Source: an uncultured virus (IMG/VR IMGVR_UViG_3300026257_000004) (Duplodnaviria > Heunggongvirae > Uroviricota > Caudoviricetes). Taken from it: a stretch of 64,000 nt of DNA. The notes under the pieces were generated by a model. It was not told the origin of the DNA, made no database searches, and was given only the letters and a program-made list of their open reading frames with translations. The DNA is taken from IMG/VR virus record IMGVR_UViG_3300026257_000004; one strand, 5' to 3'. Both the position numbers and the translations under genes were made by a program. Position 1 is the stretch's first letter. Each line of letters starts with the position of its first letter. Positions 29,538 to 39,675 of the stretch are shown here, one piece after another.

Positions 29538-30947
29538 ATGGCTAAGGGCTTAGGCGCAAGAGTGGATCGAAGGTTTGGCCTGGGTTCACTCTCGAGGGGA
29601 GAAGGCGTAAAAGCTAAAGGTGTATATCCACAACAAGGAAAGGGTTTAGGGGAATATGGAACGATTAAATTTCCAACAATTCTTGAGGCATATGATTACA
29701 GGAGTGACTTTAATCGTTGGAAGTTAGGGCAGGAGTATCACTACGGTACGGGTAGGGGTTGGGCAGACCTAAAGATTCGGTCTATAGCCAGGTTCAATCC
29801 TGGTGCCGTATCCGGTAGATCTCTTGATATTGTTACTACGTTCCCCAGTCATAACAGCCCAGAGAAGACTTGGTATGTAGGGCTGAGGACACGTGGTTCT
29901 ATTATCCTTCCACAGCCTCTAAGTTCTTCTGCGATCACGTTAAATACGAGTGATCCTGATCCAGCGAATCATACCTTGGTGTATGACGTTAGTGCAGTTT
30001 TAACTCCTACTCAAGTTGGCATATTCCAGATCTTTGTTGGAGATCAATTTGAAGACACTGCAAGTGGTCCGAATTATCCTGACGACTTAGTACCTAACGA
30101 TGTTGGGAGCGTTGCGTTAACTCTTATTAGTGCAAGTGTTGGCGCTATGACGTTGACATTTGACCTGTCTCGCGCTTACGGAAGAGTTGAGCGTAATGGG
30201 AATGTACGTTGGAAAAAATATATTTATGATCCCTCATCTCCTAGATCATGGAACACTAGTAGTGGTAGGCATCTTTGTTCAGCACATAAATTATTCTGTT
30301 GCTGTCCAGATCACTTAGGCGGACAAGTTGCGAATCTTGAATATGTAGAAGGAGAAGCCAATATAGGCACATTCCCGTTGCCAACCGCTATGAGAACAGT
30401 GACGGCTCCCTGGGAGAAGCAAGGGGTTGGTTACTACCGTCAGTGGAGAACATTGCCTATACGAATAGACGAGCGTCGTGAGTGCAAGCATATACACGCC
30501 ATGAGATGGGATTGTGGAATTCCGTGGGAAGAGCCACTAGATTATCCGACTGAATCTGACAATAGTTCTCTTTCATTCAGATCAGCTTTCGAGGAAGAAG
30601 AAGACACTGACTTAGTGTTCGAGTATTTCAGGAAAAGGCAAGGCACATACGACAGATACCTCTTATCTCTGGCCGAAGTTGTTGGAATTAATCTTTTCCC
30701 TGGAGGAGACCCTAGGGAAAATATTCGATCAGATCCCCGCCCTATTTTTTGGAACGATGGAACAGAGCCGTTGGCTATCTGGTGTCGTCAGAATGATTGG
30801 TGGCTAAAACGTGGCAGTCAAAGGCTTCGTATCTTTAATGCAACAACTAATCAATTTGAATCAACAGTAACGGTGGGCGGGGTTCCCTTCCCGATGGTTG
30901 AAGTTGTTGGGGAGAAGGATCCCGGCGCACCAGTTATTGTGAAGTGA
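29538..30947 (+). CDS. SWIM-like zinc-finger protein, 469 aa
   Basis: FCCCPDH...ECKHIHA (CxC...CxH). Confidence 0.6.
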   Translation: MAKGLGARVDRRFGLGSLSRGEGVKAKGVYPQQGKGLGEYGTIKFPTILEAYDYRSDFNRWKLGQEYHYGTGRGWADLKIRSIARFNPGAVSGRSLDIVTTFPSHNSPEKTWYVGLRTRGSIILPQPLSSSAITLNTSDPDPANHTLVYDVSAVLTPTQVGIFQIFVGDQFEDTASGPNYPDDLVPNDVGSVALTLISASVGAMTLTFDLSRAYGRVERNGNVRWKKYIYDPSSPRSWNTSSGRHLCSAHKLFCCCPDHLGGQVANLEYVEGEANIGTFPLPTAMRTVTAPWEKQGVGYYRQWRTLPIRIDERRECKHIHAMRWDCGIPWEEPLDYPTESDNSSLSFRSAFEEEEDTDLVFEYFRKRQGTYDRYLLSLAEVVGINLFPGGDPRENIRSDPRPIFWNDGTEPLAIWCRQNDWWLKRGSQRLRIFNATTNQFESTVTVGGVPFPMVEVVGEKDPGAPVIVK

Positions 30948-31005
30948 ATCGGAGATAGAATAGCGACGAGGCTCTTTTATTTTTTAGGGTTTTTTAGCGG
31001 CAATT

Positions 31006-32184
31006 ATGGCGGGATACAACGAGAATACCGCTGGCATTATCGCCGCAATTAATGCATGCATTGTTGCTGCAGGGGGTACATTGACGTCCTATCCATCTAA
31101 TACCGGCGGCATTATTAGTGCATTGTTAGCACTTGAAACTGCTATTGGCAGTGGAGGAGGTGGCGGTGGTGGTGGCGGTGCGGCCATAACGATCCCTCTA
31201 ACCGCTGGTGAAGCGTTGGTAAGAGGAGACGCTGTTTATCTAGCAACTTCAGACGGCAAGGTATATAAAGCACAGAACGACAACAATAGGGAAGAGGCAA
31301 CAGTTATTGGTCTCGCGGCTGCCAATGCAGCGTTAGATGCGGAAGTCGGTGTCGTAGTCAGGGGTAGGTCTTTTGCGAGGGAAGTGGGCTGGTCAAGGGT
31401 GTCATTGTTATGTGATTTTGATGTTGACACTACCGACGCTAGTGACATAAGTCATGCGCCGCCTACGAATACAGAAACGACTATCGATTCTACGATTAAA
31501 AAGTTTGGAGATGGGAGTGCAAGATTTAATGGCGATGCAGAACTTGTCTGGGCGTCTGATTCGTCTTTAGAGCTGAGTGGAGATTTCACTATTGAGTTTT
31601 GGCTGTATTTAGATGCTTTGCCTGGCGCCAATGGAATGGTGCCTATCTCGAAAAGAAATTCCAGCACAACAGAGGCTGGTACGTGGGGCATCAAGGTGCA
31701 GTCTTCGGGGGATATTGAGTGGTGGGAATGCCACGGATCTATGACTGGCTATTCATTCGGGACGGTTACCGCTACTACTTGGCATCATGTAGCGATCAGT
31801 CGAACAGGTTCTACTTTAAGTATGTATCTTGACGGGGTGAGCGGTGGTAGCCATGAGGACACCACTGATTACACCAATACAGCTAGACCTCTTCGGTTAG
31901 GGCGATGGGGTACGAACTTCGATGAGGGATTGGAAGGGAATATAGATGAATTACGTATCACTAAGGAGGCGGGACGGTATACAGGCTCCTTTACTCCTCC
32001 AACGACTGCATTCACAGTTGGGACGGAATTTACAATCGGCACTGAATATTTCTTGAGTGCTACGTCAGGAGGAATTACGTCTGTTGCAGCATCAACCTCC
32101 GGGGAATACCTCACTGCGATTGGTGAAGCGATTAGCACTACGCAGATTGACACTCGACTTCAAGCGCCCATACAGAGGACCTAA
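31006..32184 (+). CDS. Tail/head fibre protein with LamG (ConA-like) domain
   Basis: DFTIEFW, TWHHVAISR, GNIDELRITK. Confidence 0.82.
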   Translation: MAGYNENTAGIIAAINACIVAAGGTLTSYPSNTGGIISALLALETAIGSGGGGGGGGGAAITIPLTAGEALVRGDAVYLATSDGKVYKAQNDNNREEATVIGLAAANAALDAEVGVVVRGRSFAREVGWSRVSLLCDFDVDTTDASDISHAPPTNTETTIDSTIKKFGDGSARFNGDAELVWASDSSLELSGDFTIEFWLYLDALPGANGMVPISKRNSSTTEAGTWGIKVQSSGDIEWWECHGSMTGYSFGTVTATTWHHVAISRTGSTLSMYLDGVSGGSHEDTTDYTNTARPLRLGRWGTNFDEGLEGNIDELRITKEAGRYTGSFTPPTTAFTVGTEFTIGTEYFLSATSGGITSVAASTSGEYLTAIGEAISTTQIDTRLQAPIQRT

Positions 32185-32576
32185 TGACTAAGCGTTATCC
32201 AGTTGTTTATATCAATGGATTCCCAACAGAGAATCCTGCAACAGATACAATCTATGGCGGTGGCAGGGTTGATGTCAGTGCAACCGCTCCTACGTCTCCC
32301 CAGGATGGAGATATGTGGTATGACACCACGAATGGGGTATTAAAGGTTTATATCGGTTCAAGTACATCTTGGGTGAATGATTCAAGGGCGCTATTCAAGA
32401 CAGGGGTAGCTCCTAGTACAGGAATGGAAGAAGGCGACTTTTGGTATAACTCCACCTCTACTACACAGCCCTTTAGCATGTATATAGGAACAAGCTGGGT
32501 TGGCATGTCTGGCACCTCTGGTGGAGGTGGTGGAGGTGGTAGCTCTATCAGCGAAATCTTGGCATTTGGTTTTTAA
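32184..32576 (+). CDS. Fibre-associated protein with two AP...GD.WY repeats
   Basis: APTSPQDGDMWYD and APSTGMEEGDFWYN. Confidence 0.75.
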   Translation: MTKRYPVVYINGFPTENPATDTIYGGGRVDVSATAPTSPQDGDMWYDTTNGVLKVYIGSSTSWVNDSRALFKTGVAPSTGMEEGDFWYNSTSTTQPFSMYIGTSWVGMSGTSGGGGGGGSSISEILAFGF

Positions 32577-33568
32577 TGGCTTCTTTTAAAAGATATACAG
32601 GAACACTTGGAGATGCTACCTGGCCTTCAGGGTTTACCTCCATCTACACAGTGCCCACTGGTAAGAAATCTGTCATCACAGGAATCACAGTATGCAATAC
32701 CAGTGAATTTGAATTACCCGTCAGCATAAGAGCGCAGGCTGGCGACTCGCAATGGGACAAGGTCTCATTACTAGCTCCTTTTCAGGACGATTACGAGGAC
32801 AAGAGCTCGACTCCACTCGCAGCTCCAACAAATACCGGTACGACTCTCGATTACACGAAATCAAAATTTGGAACCGCAAGCGCACGATTCAATGGATCCG
32901 CAAACCTTTCATTCGCGGATGACGCAAGCCTGGGATTAGACGCAGACTTCACTATTGAGTTTTGGTTTTATACGGACGCCATCCCGACTACTAACGCGGC
33001 TTATCCATTATCTAAAACGGCTTCATCGCTTGGGACCGCCGGGACGTGGAGTTTTGGGATGTCAACATCGGGGCTAATAAGTTTTTACGATAATTCCGGC
33101 GGTTCTCTGGTATCTATAGGAGATCCCGGTACTGTTACGGCTGAGACTTGGCACCATATTGCTATTAGCCGAACAGGGACAACATTAAGAGGATTCCTTG
33201 ACGGAGTATTAGGCTTTACTGCAACGAACAGTACTGATTGGACCAATGCCCAGGCTCTCCTGATTGGCACTTCGGCTACTGGTACTTCGCCGAATATAAC
33301 TGGAAATATTCAAGATGTTCGTATTACTAAGGGCTTGGGGCGGTACACATCAGCGTTTTCAAGTCCTGGCAAGAGATTTGGTATTGGTGAAGGTAATAGG
33401 TCCTTCCTGTCCGATGTCCGCGTTCCTGCAGGTGAATCAATTAAAGTAATAACAGCAGAGAAAGTAGTTCTGGAAGGTGATGACACCGTCCAAGGGACCG
33501 CCCCTTTAATTGATGGCGTTGGTTCTGATACTTACGATGTTTGGCTCTCTGTCTACGAGGATGTTTAA
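32576..33568 (+). CDS. Virion protein with LamG (ConA-like) domain
   Basis: DFTIEFW, TWHHIAISR, GNIQDVRITKG. Confidence 0.82.
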   Translation: MASFKRYTGTLGDATWPSGFTSIYTVPTGKKSVITGITVCNTSEFELPVSIRAQAGDSQWDKVSLLAPFQDDYEDKSSTPLAAPTNTGTTLDYTKSKFGTASARFNGSANLSFADDASLGLDADFTIEFWFYTDAIPTTNAAYPLSKTASSLGTAGTWSFGMSTSGLISFYDNSGGSLVSIGDPGTVTAETWHHIAISRTGTTLRGFLDGVLGFTATNSTDWTNAQALLIGTSATGTSPNITGNIQDVRITKGLGRYTSAFSSPGKRFGIGEGNRSFLSDVRVPAGESIKVITAEKVVLEGDDTVQGTAPLIDGVGSDTYDVWLSVYEDV

Positions 33569-33849
33569 TGGCAGCGATTGAGTTATTAAAGGAAGTAGAG
33601 ACTCCAGGCATTACAGAATTTCCAGAGCCGAGTGGGAAGAATTGTTATGGGATTTCTTATAACCGAACAAACGGTAGTTTGACAATCGTAAGAAACAGCG
33701 GCGGGTCCATGATGCGACTGAAGGATGACGTTATAATCAGTTCAGGCGACTACGCAAGCGTGGTGTGGTCGGATAAATTGTTGTTATTTAGCTTCCCGCC
33801 TGACGCTTCTTCCGCAATTGCAGGCCACCTACAAGTTGAGATCGTATGA
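33568..33849 (+). CDS. Small structural protein
   Basis: TAATG coupling; ends GHLQVEIV. Confidence 0.65.
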   Translation: MAAIELLKEVETPGITEFPEPSGKNCYGISYNRTNGSLTIVRNSGGSMMRLKDDVIISSGDYASVVWSDKLLLFSFPPDASSAIAGHLQVEIV

Positions 33850-34568
33850 GCACCGTTATTGACCTAGGGAAAATTCGTTTTTTCTATCGAGGAGTTTACG
33901 ACTCTTCGACGCTTTACGAATACAACGATGTTGTCAAGTCTGGAGGCAACTCGTATGTTTACATAAATAACACTTCGACTATAGGTAAAGCACTCACTGA
34001 GACGGATTACTGGAGTGCCCTAGTCGACGGGATGAACTCGACAGGCGCCTGGAGTAGTGCAACGGAATATGGCCTCAATGATATCGTCACCCATGGTGGC
34101 GCGATATATCGCTGCACAGCTGTTAATACTAATCAGGAGCCGCCTAACGCTTCTTATTGGGAAGTATTCGTCCAAGGATACAACCACAGAGGTGCTTGGG
34201 TTACATCCACTGCTTACAAGGTAGATGACGCTGTTACTTACTTAGGTCAGAGTTATCGCTGTACAACTGCCCATACCTCTGGGACATTTATTACCGATCT
34301 CTCGTCCAACTGGGAGCGATACGCTAGTGGTGTATTCGATCGGGGTGCGTATGCGACTAGTACTGCTTATTACATTGGCGACTTAGCTTATATTGGATCC
34401 GTCCCGAACAGGGACATTTACATGTGCACGGCGGATCACACTTCAGACTCAAGTGCTAACCCATCGGGAAGCCCAGAGAGCGCTAGCTGGACCATTTGGA
34501 TTAATGGCCAATTAGTAGGTAGCAATGCAATTAATGCTTACGCTTATTTTGCTGGTCTATCCGGTTGA
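33846..34568 (+). CDS. Tail fibre protein with CBM5/12-like repeats
   Basis: IDLGKIRF N-terminus; four G.[WY]...T.Y...D.V...G..Y.C repeats. Confidence 0.8.
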   Translation: MSTVIDLGKIRFFYRGVYDSSTLYEYNDVVKSGGNSYVYINNTSTIGKALTETDYWSALVDGMNSTGAWSSATEYGLNDIVTHGGAIYRCTAVNTNQEPPNASYWEVFVQGYNHRGAWVTSTAYKVDDAVTYLGQSYRCTTAHTSGTFITDLSSNWERYASGVFDRGAYATSTAYYIGDLAYIGSVPNRDIYMCTADHTSDSSANPSGSPESASWTIWINGQLVGSNAINAYAYFAGLSG

Positions 34569-34819
34569 TTTTTAAAAAGCTATCTCCAGGTCGAATCAAC
34601 TCCGCAAGGAGAAGGGCTTCCAGTGCGAACAAGTTGAAGTCCAGGTCCAGTACCAGAACCATGTTCAATGCTCTCGAAGAGCGGAATTACTTAAGAGATC
34701 GAATCGCCATCCATAACTCGCCTAATGGGGGTGGAGACTTTAAGCAGATGTAGTTAATAGCTTCCTCTATACTGATCAAAAGAGGTGTTCGATCACCTTA
34801 TTTATTGCATTGACATAGT

Positions 34820-35155
34820 ATGGCCTCAGGAATAAAAGGGCAAGAGAAGCCGAGTGGGGGCACTCCGACTTTTGCAACCTCGGAATTATTTAAAGCGACA
34901 GCGACTACCACTGTTATCCTGTCGTGTTCAAACATTACTGCCGCTGCAGATCCAATCTTTGTAGCTTTAATCCCCGGAGCGACATCTACCAGTACTGGAG
35001 CTATAAGCGATAAGCATTGGATTGAAAACGGTTACTCCCTTGCAGCTAACACGACGCTTGAGAGAACTGGCATCGTGATGGAGACGGATGCCCGTCTAAT
35101 CGTTGGCAGTACTGGCGGCAATGTGAGCTTCTCTGTCTACGGATTGGAGTCCTGA
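34820..35155 (+). CDS. Small beta-rich structural protein
   Basis: LERTGIV...VSFSVYGLE pattern of cyanophage virion proteins. Confidence 0.7.
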   Translation: MASGIKGQEKPSGGTPTFATSELFKATATTTVILSCSNITAAADPIFVALIPGATSTSTGAISDKHWIENGYSLAANTTLERTGIVMETDARLIVGSTGGNVSFSVYGLES

Positions 35156-35158
35156 TAA

Positions 35159-35596
35159 ATGGCTACTTACGCAAGACTCGATAGCGCTGGTCTCGTGATG
35201 GAGACATGTGCGTCTGACCCCACAAAATTGTTTCACCCTGATATTGCGAAGGATTTCGTTTCGGTCCCCGACGAAACGGTAACGGGTGGCACTGTATCTG
35301 GCGGCAAGTTCACAGCATATGTTGCACCTACGCCCCCTGCGATACCGGCAAAGGCAAATGAATTTGTTTCAAAGCCAAGATTTCTAGAGACCCTCCCTTC
35401 AGCAGAGCGAATCGCTTTTTATGCAGCGAAGGATTCTGATACGGCTGTAAGCGATTTCCTGCTGATGCTTGATAGTAGAAATGTTGTTGACGTGAAGTCA
35501 ACGGAAAACATTGCCGCGTTCGACGCATTTGTAACCTCTAAATATTGGTCCGCTTCAACAGCAACCGCCGTTAAGGCATTGAAGGAGATTGGCTGA
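35159..35596 (+). CDS. Probable tail fibre assembly/chaperone protein
   Basis: YARL...V.E...DP..LFHPD motif; precedes the Gly-rich fibre genes. Confidence 0.65.
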   Translation: MATYARLDSAGLVMETCASDPTKLFHPDIAKDFVSVPDETVTGGTVSGGKFTAYVAPTPPAIPAKANEFVSKPRFLETLPSAERIAFYAAKDSDTAVSDFLLMLDSRNVVDVKSTENIAAFDAFVTSKYWSASTATAVKALKEIG

Positions 35597-36756
35597 TGGG
35601 ACGTAGATTTCCGGGAGGTGGTTCCAGCGGTGGCGGCGGTGGTGGTTCGATCGGCGAATTTAATCAAGTAGAAGTGTTCGGCATTAAAGGCACTTTCTCT
35701 TGGACGAAACCCACCAATATCGCAGGCGACCGAATTCTTATTCATGTATGGGGCGCAGGCGGATCGGGCTCATGCGGAGCTAGCCAGCATTATGAATGCT
35801 GTGGTGGCGGTGGCGGTGGATTAGCAGTTAAGCATATAGATGTCTCTGTCTTGGGAGCAACCGAGACAATTACTATTGGCGCAGGCGATGGAACCTCGAC
35901 TGGGAAAGGCGGTACATCTAGCTTCGGTAGCCATTGCTCCGCAACAGGCGGAAATAGCGGTGCCAATAACACTGACGAGCTCGGAACAAGCGTAGTTCGT
36001 CCCGATCAAGGCGCGTATTTCTACGGCCAGGGTGGAATCGGTACAGGTGGCGACAAGAATGCCATTGGCGGCTGGGGCGGCTGGGGCTATTTCGCCAGTT
36101 CAACTAACGCTGGCGGTGGCGGCGGTGGATCTGCTCCAGCACCGTATGGCCACAGTCCTGGCTTCATGGGTGGAGCTGGGTACACCTACGCAGGCGGCGG
36201 CGGCGCTGGTATCGGAGGCATGGGAGGAGCAGGCGACTGTCCAGGTGGCGGCGGCGGCGGCTCTGCAGGCCCTGGACAGAACTCAAATTCAACTTCCTAC
36301 TTCTCCTGCCCCATGGGTGGCCCTGGACTTAACGGCCCTGCAGGTGCAGGCGGCTCTGGAAATCCTTCATACGTCAGTTATGGCGGAACCACTGGGGAGC
36401 CCGGCCAACCTGGCGGAGGTCATGCAATTATTGAGCCCAACCTGCTCCTGTTCGGTGGAGGCGGAGGCGGTGGAGGCGTAGGTAGTACTTTCGGCTTAAG
36501 CGGTTACGCCAAGGGATCTCCCGGCGCTGGCGCTCCTGGCGGTGGCGGTGGCGGTATGGGTTGTACGACGACTATTGTTTCACATGACTGGGCCGCGCCC
36601 GGAGGAACACTCGGCGGCGGCGGTGGCGCTAACCATAATTGTCACGCTGGTTTCGGCGGTAACGGAGGTGGCGGAGGAGGGTCCGGCTATGGCGGCCAGA
36701 ACTTCGCTGGCTATGGCGGTGACGGTCTGATTATCATCCAGTACAAGGTGACCTGA
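35596..36756 (+). CDS. Glycine-rich tail fibre/receptor-binding protein
   Basis: VHVWGAGG-type motif, GGTSSFGSHCSATGG, G.DGLIIIQY end; polyglycine runs. Confidence 0.82.
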   Translation: MGRRFPGGGSSGGGGGGSIGEFNQVEVFGIKGTFSWTKPTNIAGDRILIHVWGAGGSGSCGASQHYECCGGGGGGLAVKHIDVSVLGATETITIGAGDGTSTGKGGTSSFGSHCSATGGNSGANNTDELGTSVVRPDQGAYFYGQGGIGTGGDKNAIGGWGGWGYFASSTNAGGGGGGSAPAPYGHSPGFMGGAGYTYAGGGGAGIGGMGGAGDCPGGGGGGSAGPGQNSNSTSYFSCPMGGPGLNGPAGAGGSGNPSYVSYGGTTGEPGQPGGGHAIIEPNLLLFGGGGGGGGVGSTFGLSGYAKGSPGAGAPGGGGGGMGCTTTIVSHDWAAPGGTLGGGGGANHNCHAGFGGNGGGGGGSGYGGQNFAGYGGDGLIIIQYKVT

Positions 36757-36758
36757 TA

Positions 36759-38042
36759 ATGGGAATTTCTCATAACTACCTCTACGACCAAGTAGAAGTC
36801 TTTAGCAACGAAGGCACCTTTACGTGGACGCAGCCATCAAATATCGACGACAGTAAACCTGTCCTCGTCCATGTTTGGGGCGCGGGCGGTACTGGCAGTG
36901 ATTACTACGTGTACACAGCTATGGGCGCAGATCCTGGCCCTTGTGGTGGCGGCGGCGGCGGCCTTGCGGTTATGGAAGTCGACGTGTCTGCACTGGGGGC
37001 GACTGAGACTATTACTGTGGGCCAGGGCAAGCAGATGCCCGATGTGGTCGGAGGTACATCTAGCTTCGGTAGCCATTGCTCCGCAACAGGTGGAAATGGT
37101 GGGGCATGTAACACGCAAAACACGTCAGGTAAGTTTCAGAACGACACAGCCATATCTCCGATTATTGCGAATCCGGTTGCAGGGACTGCTACAGACCTTG
37201 GCGGACGTCAAACCGCTATTGCCCAGGGTTACGCAGGCCCTGGACAAGACTATTGGGGACAGGGTGGCATGGGTATCGGGGGTGACATCAATCGTCGAGG
37301 CGGTTGGGGTGGTGTTGGTTACTATGCTGCCTCAGACAATAACGGCGGTGGCGGCGGTGGATCTGCTCCAGCACCGTATGGCTGGTCTCATGGCTATGAC
37401 GGCGGCAGGGGGTACACGTATGCCGGTGGTGGCGGCGGTGGAATAGGCCAGGTTGGATGGGGAGGCAATTATGCCGGAGGCTGTGGTGGTGGATCCAGTA
37501 ATCAATTACAGCGGCCAAACCAGGGTGTGACTCACTACTACGCCCCTTCAAATGGAGGTGGTGCCTTGGCTGGTACTGCAGGGTCAGGTGGAAAGTCCAT
37601 GATGGTCTACACAAGTTATTGTGGAGATGCTGCTTACAAGACTTACTCTGGAGACGGGCTAGCTCTTATCGAGCCTAATCAGATTTTCTTTGGCGGAGGC
37701 GGAGGCGGTGCTACTTGTGACTACGCCTTCTCGTCTGGCATCAACTACAGCTTTCCCTCTAGTGGAGGCCCAGGTGGAGGAGGCGGTGGCGCCGGCAATG
37801 TTAATAATGGCCTTTATTTCTACAATATCGGCGGCAATGGCGGAATCCTAGGTGGTGGCGGTGGTGCATGCCAATACATGCATGGAGGTCACGGCGGCAA
37901 TGCAGGTGGTGGTGGGGCTGCTGGCTACTATTCTGGAGCTAACACCCCAACTGATGATCGCGGGTCTGCAAGTAGCAACAGTTATATGTGGTACGGGGCT
38001 GGCGGCAACGGGCTGGTTATCCTTCAGTACGCAACCAAATAG
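36759..38042 (+). CDS. Glycine-rich tail fibre/receptor-binding protein (paralogue)
   Basis: Same motifs as 35596-36756. Confidence 0.82.
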   Translation: MGISHNYLYDQVEVFSNEGTFTWTQPSNIDDSKPVLVHVWGAGGTGSDYYVYTAMGADPGPCGGGGGGLAVMEVDVSALGATETITVGQGKQMPDVVGGTSSFGSHCSATGGNGGACNTQNTSGKFQNDTAISPIIANPVAGTATDLGGRQTAIAQGYAGPGQDYWGQGGMGIGGDINRRGGWGGVGYYAASDNNGGGGGGSAPAPYGWSHGYDGGRGYTYAGGGGGGIGQVGWGGNYAGGCGGGSSNQLQRPNQGVTHYYAPSNGGGALAGTAGSGGKSMMVYTSYCGDAAYKTYSGDGLALIEPNQIFFGGGGGGATCDYAFSSGINYSFPSSGGPGGGGGGAGNVNNGLYFYNIGGNGGILGGGGGACQYMHGGHGGNAGGGGAAGYYSGANTPTDDRGSASSNSYMWYGAGGNGLVILQYATK

Positions 38043-38045
38043 CTT

Positions 38046-38189
38046 TTATTTCTTCTTAGGAAAGATATCGTTCAAGGCTTTAACAATTAATTGAATCCAG
38101 GAGTTGGATTGAAGCTTGGGATTGAGTGCAATTAGCTCACTCCCTGCTGCAATAATGATGCTGAAGATGGCTATATGTTCTGCAGACAT
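38046..38189 (-). CDS. Small membrane protein, possible holin (47 aa, not in track)
   Basis: MSAEHIAIFSIIIAAGSELIALNPKLQSNSWIQLIVKALNDIFPKKK. Confidence 0.65.
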   Translation of the reverse strand: MSAEHIAIFSIIIAAGSELIALNPKLQSNSWIQLIVKALNDIFPKKK

Positions 38190-38228
38190 TGTTCATTAGC
38201 TTGATAAAGAAAGTCTAGACACTATCAA

Positions 38229-38432
38229 CTACAGGGAGTCCAGACCGTCTGTGAAGGGGATATCGTCCAACCCAAGGCTTGGGGTTGTGCCATATTTTTC
38301 TAGTGCCGCCCTAGTGAATTCGACGATTGTCGCCAGTGCGGGTGACGGGAGAAAATCAGCTTCTAAGCCGTATTCGTTTTTCAACCAAGTGCGGTAGAAA
38401 CTTCTGATTTCTTGGTTTGTTGGGATTTCCAT
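38229..38432 (-). CDS. Hypothetical protein
   Basis: 67-aa ORF; TTGCAA-N16-CATAAT promoter-like sequence upstream. Confidence 0.65.
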   Translation of the reverse strand: MEIPTNQEIRSFYRTWLKNEYGLEADFLPSPALATIVEFTRAALEKYGTTPSLGLDDIPFTDGLDSL

Positions 38433-38509
38433 GTCCCATTATGGTCTGTCAGGGATAGCTTGCAAGAAGTGTCAGGCATTGCGAAAGCAAAATGCAAGGC
38501 TAGGCTGGC

Positions 38510-38788
38510 ATGAGCAATCGGAGTGCTATGGCTGACAAATACGCACGAGACGTGCAGCATGACCGGAATCGGGCGGCGTACATGGATTATCTGTACGATC
38601 TTTACTCCAGGGACGAGGCCCCGCTGGGATTGAGAAGTACCTACACGGGGTTGGCCGAGCAGCATCGAAAAGTCTTAGGCCAAGCGGTAATGGATGAAAA
38701 GATCTTGGCACTCGGAAAAGAAGTTATGGACGAGGAGGTCGCGACATGGCATGAGAGGGCAAATGCCTCTTCCGATCAGACGGCCTGA
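38510..38788 (+). CDS. Hypothetical cyanophage protein
   Basis: MDYLYDLYSR...TYTGL motif. Confidence 0.65.
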   Translation: MSNRSAMADKYARDVQHDRNRAAYMDYLYDLYSRDEAPLGLRSTYTGLAEQHRKVLGQAVMDEKILALGKEVMDEEVATWHERANASSDQTA

Positions 38789-38990
38789 CGTCAGGATCAG
38801 CACGCATTCTCAGCAGATTGCAGCGATGGTTGCAACTCGCGATTTTCTTTTGCGTCTCATGAATACAAAAGAAACGCCGCGAATCCCAAGAGAAGTGCGG
38901 AGAGAAGCTCGAGCATTGTTGAGACATTATCCCCCTGCAGATCAGTTGAGGCCTGCACTTGAGAAGGGGTTTAATGATAGTTTTACCTAG
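38763..38990 (+). CDS. BPSL0761-like small phage protein
   Basis: TRDFL..L...TPRIPREVRREARALLRHYP. Confidence 0.65.
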   Translation: MPLPIRRPDVRISTHSQQIAAMVATRDFLLRLMNTKETPRIPREVRREARALLRHYPPADQLRPALEKGFNDSFT

Positions 38991-39024
38991 AATAGTTGCA
39001 TATATTGTGCATACGGTTTTTAGT

Positions 39025-39300
39025 GTGGCGTACCAGTTACCAAGTGGAGTCCCTGCTGCAGGCGGAAGATTGGGGATCGAAGGAGATGGTATGCAGATGC
39101 TGGCCATGGAATTAGGAGACATTCGCAATCAGCAGGCTGCAATTAATGCATTAAGAGATGAAGCAATGAAGGAAGCTTCGTTGCAACTTGGGGGAGTTGA
39201 CCCTGAAGCCCTAGAAGCTCTTCAACAACTTGAATCAAGCGCGCCTTTACCGGGGACTGGCGACAGGAGCGGACTTCAGTCCGAGCTTTGGGGTAATTGA
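39025..39300 (+). CDS. Hypothetical protein
   Basis: GTG start 37 nt after TAGAAT. Confidence 0.6.
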   Translation: MAYQLPSGVPAAGGRLGIEGDGMQMLAMELGDIRNQQAAINALRDEAMKEASLQLGGVDPEALEALQQLESSAPLPGTGDRSGLQSELWGN

Positions 39301-39324
39301 TAGCAAATTTCTAATTAGTTAATT

Positions 39325-39675
39325 GTGTATTGGCCTAACAAAGAAGGAGAGAAATGGACTCATCCAGTTTTGGGTCCAGGAATGCAGGGGCACGATCGTC
39401 CTCTCGAGTTTGAGAACCCGGTAATGAAGCCTTGGATGAAGTCCGAAGTTGTGCCGCTGGTTGCACGAGATTCAGATTCAATGGGTTGGTGGATGGATGA
39501 GATCCCCAAAACAATTGATCCTCAGTACATAGATATTGGAGGAAAAGGGGGATCTCCTTATCAGCCATATGAAGGAGATGGAATGCCCCCAGCGTTTCCG
39601 CGGCCGCAACCATCGAGGATGGCAGGAGTAATTCCTGAAGTGGCTAAGTTGATTGCAACACTACTTACGGGTTGA
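39325..39675 (+). CDS. Hypothetical Pro-rich protein
   Basis: 116-aa ORF. Confidence 0.55.
   Translation: MYWPNKEGEKWTHPVLGPGMQGHDRPLEFENPVMKPWMKSEVVPLVARDSDSMGWWMDEIPKTIDPQYIDIGGKGGSPYQPYEGDGMPPAFPRPQPSRMAGVIPEVAKLIATLLTG

Noticed and set aside
34565..34753. 62-aa ORF between fibre genes
   Set aside because: TTG start, no RBS and no recognisable features; left uncalled, though it may be real
35596..38042. Diversity-generating retroelement suggested by repeats in fibre genes
   Set aside because: No reverse transcriptase in the window; the repeats are short and identical, not adenine-specific TR/VR pairs
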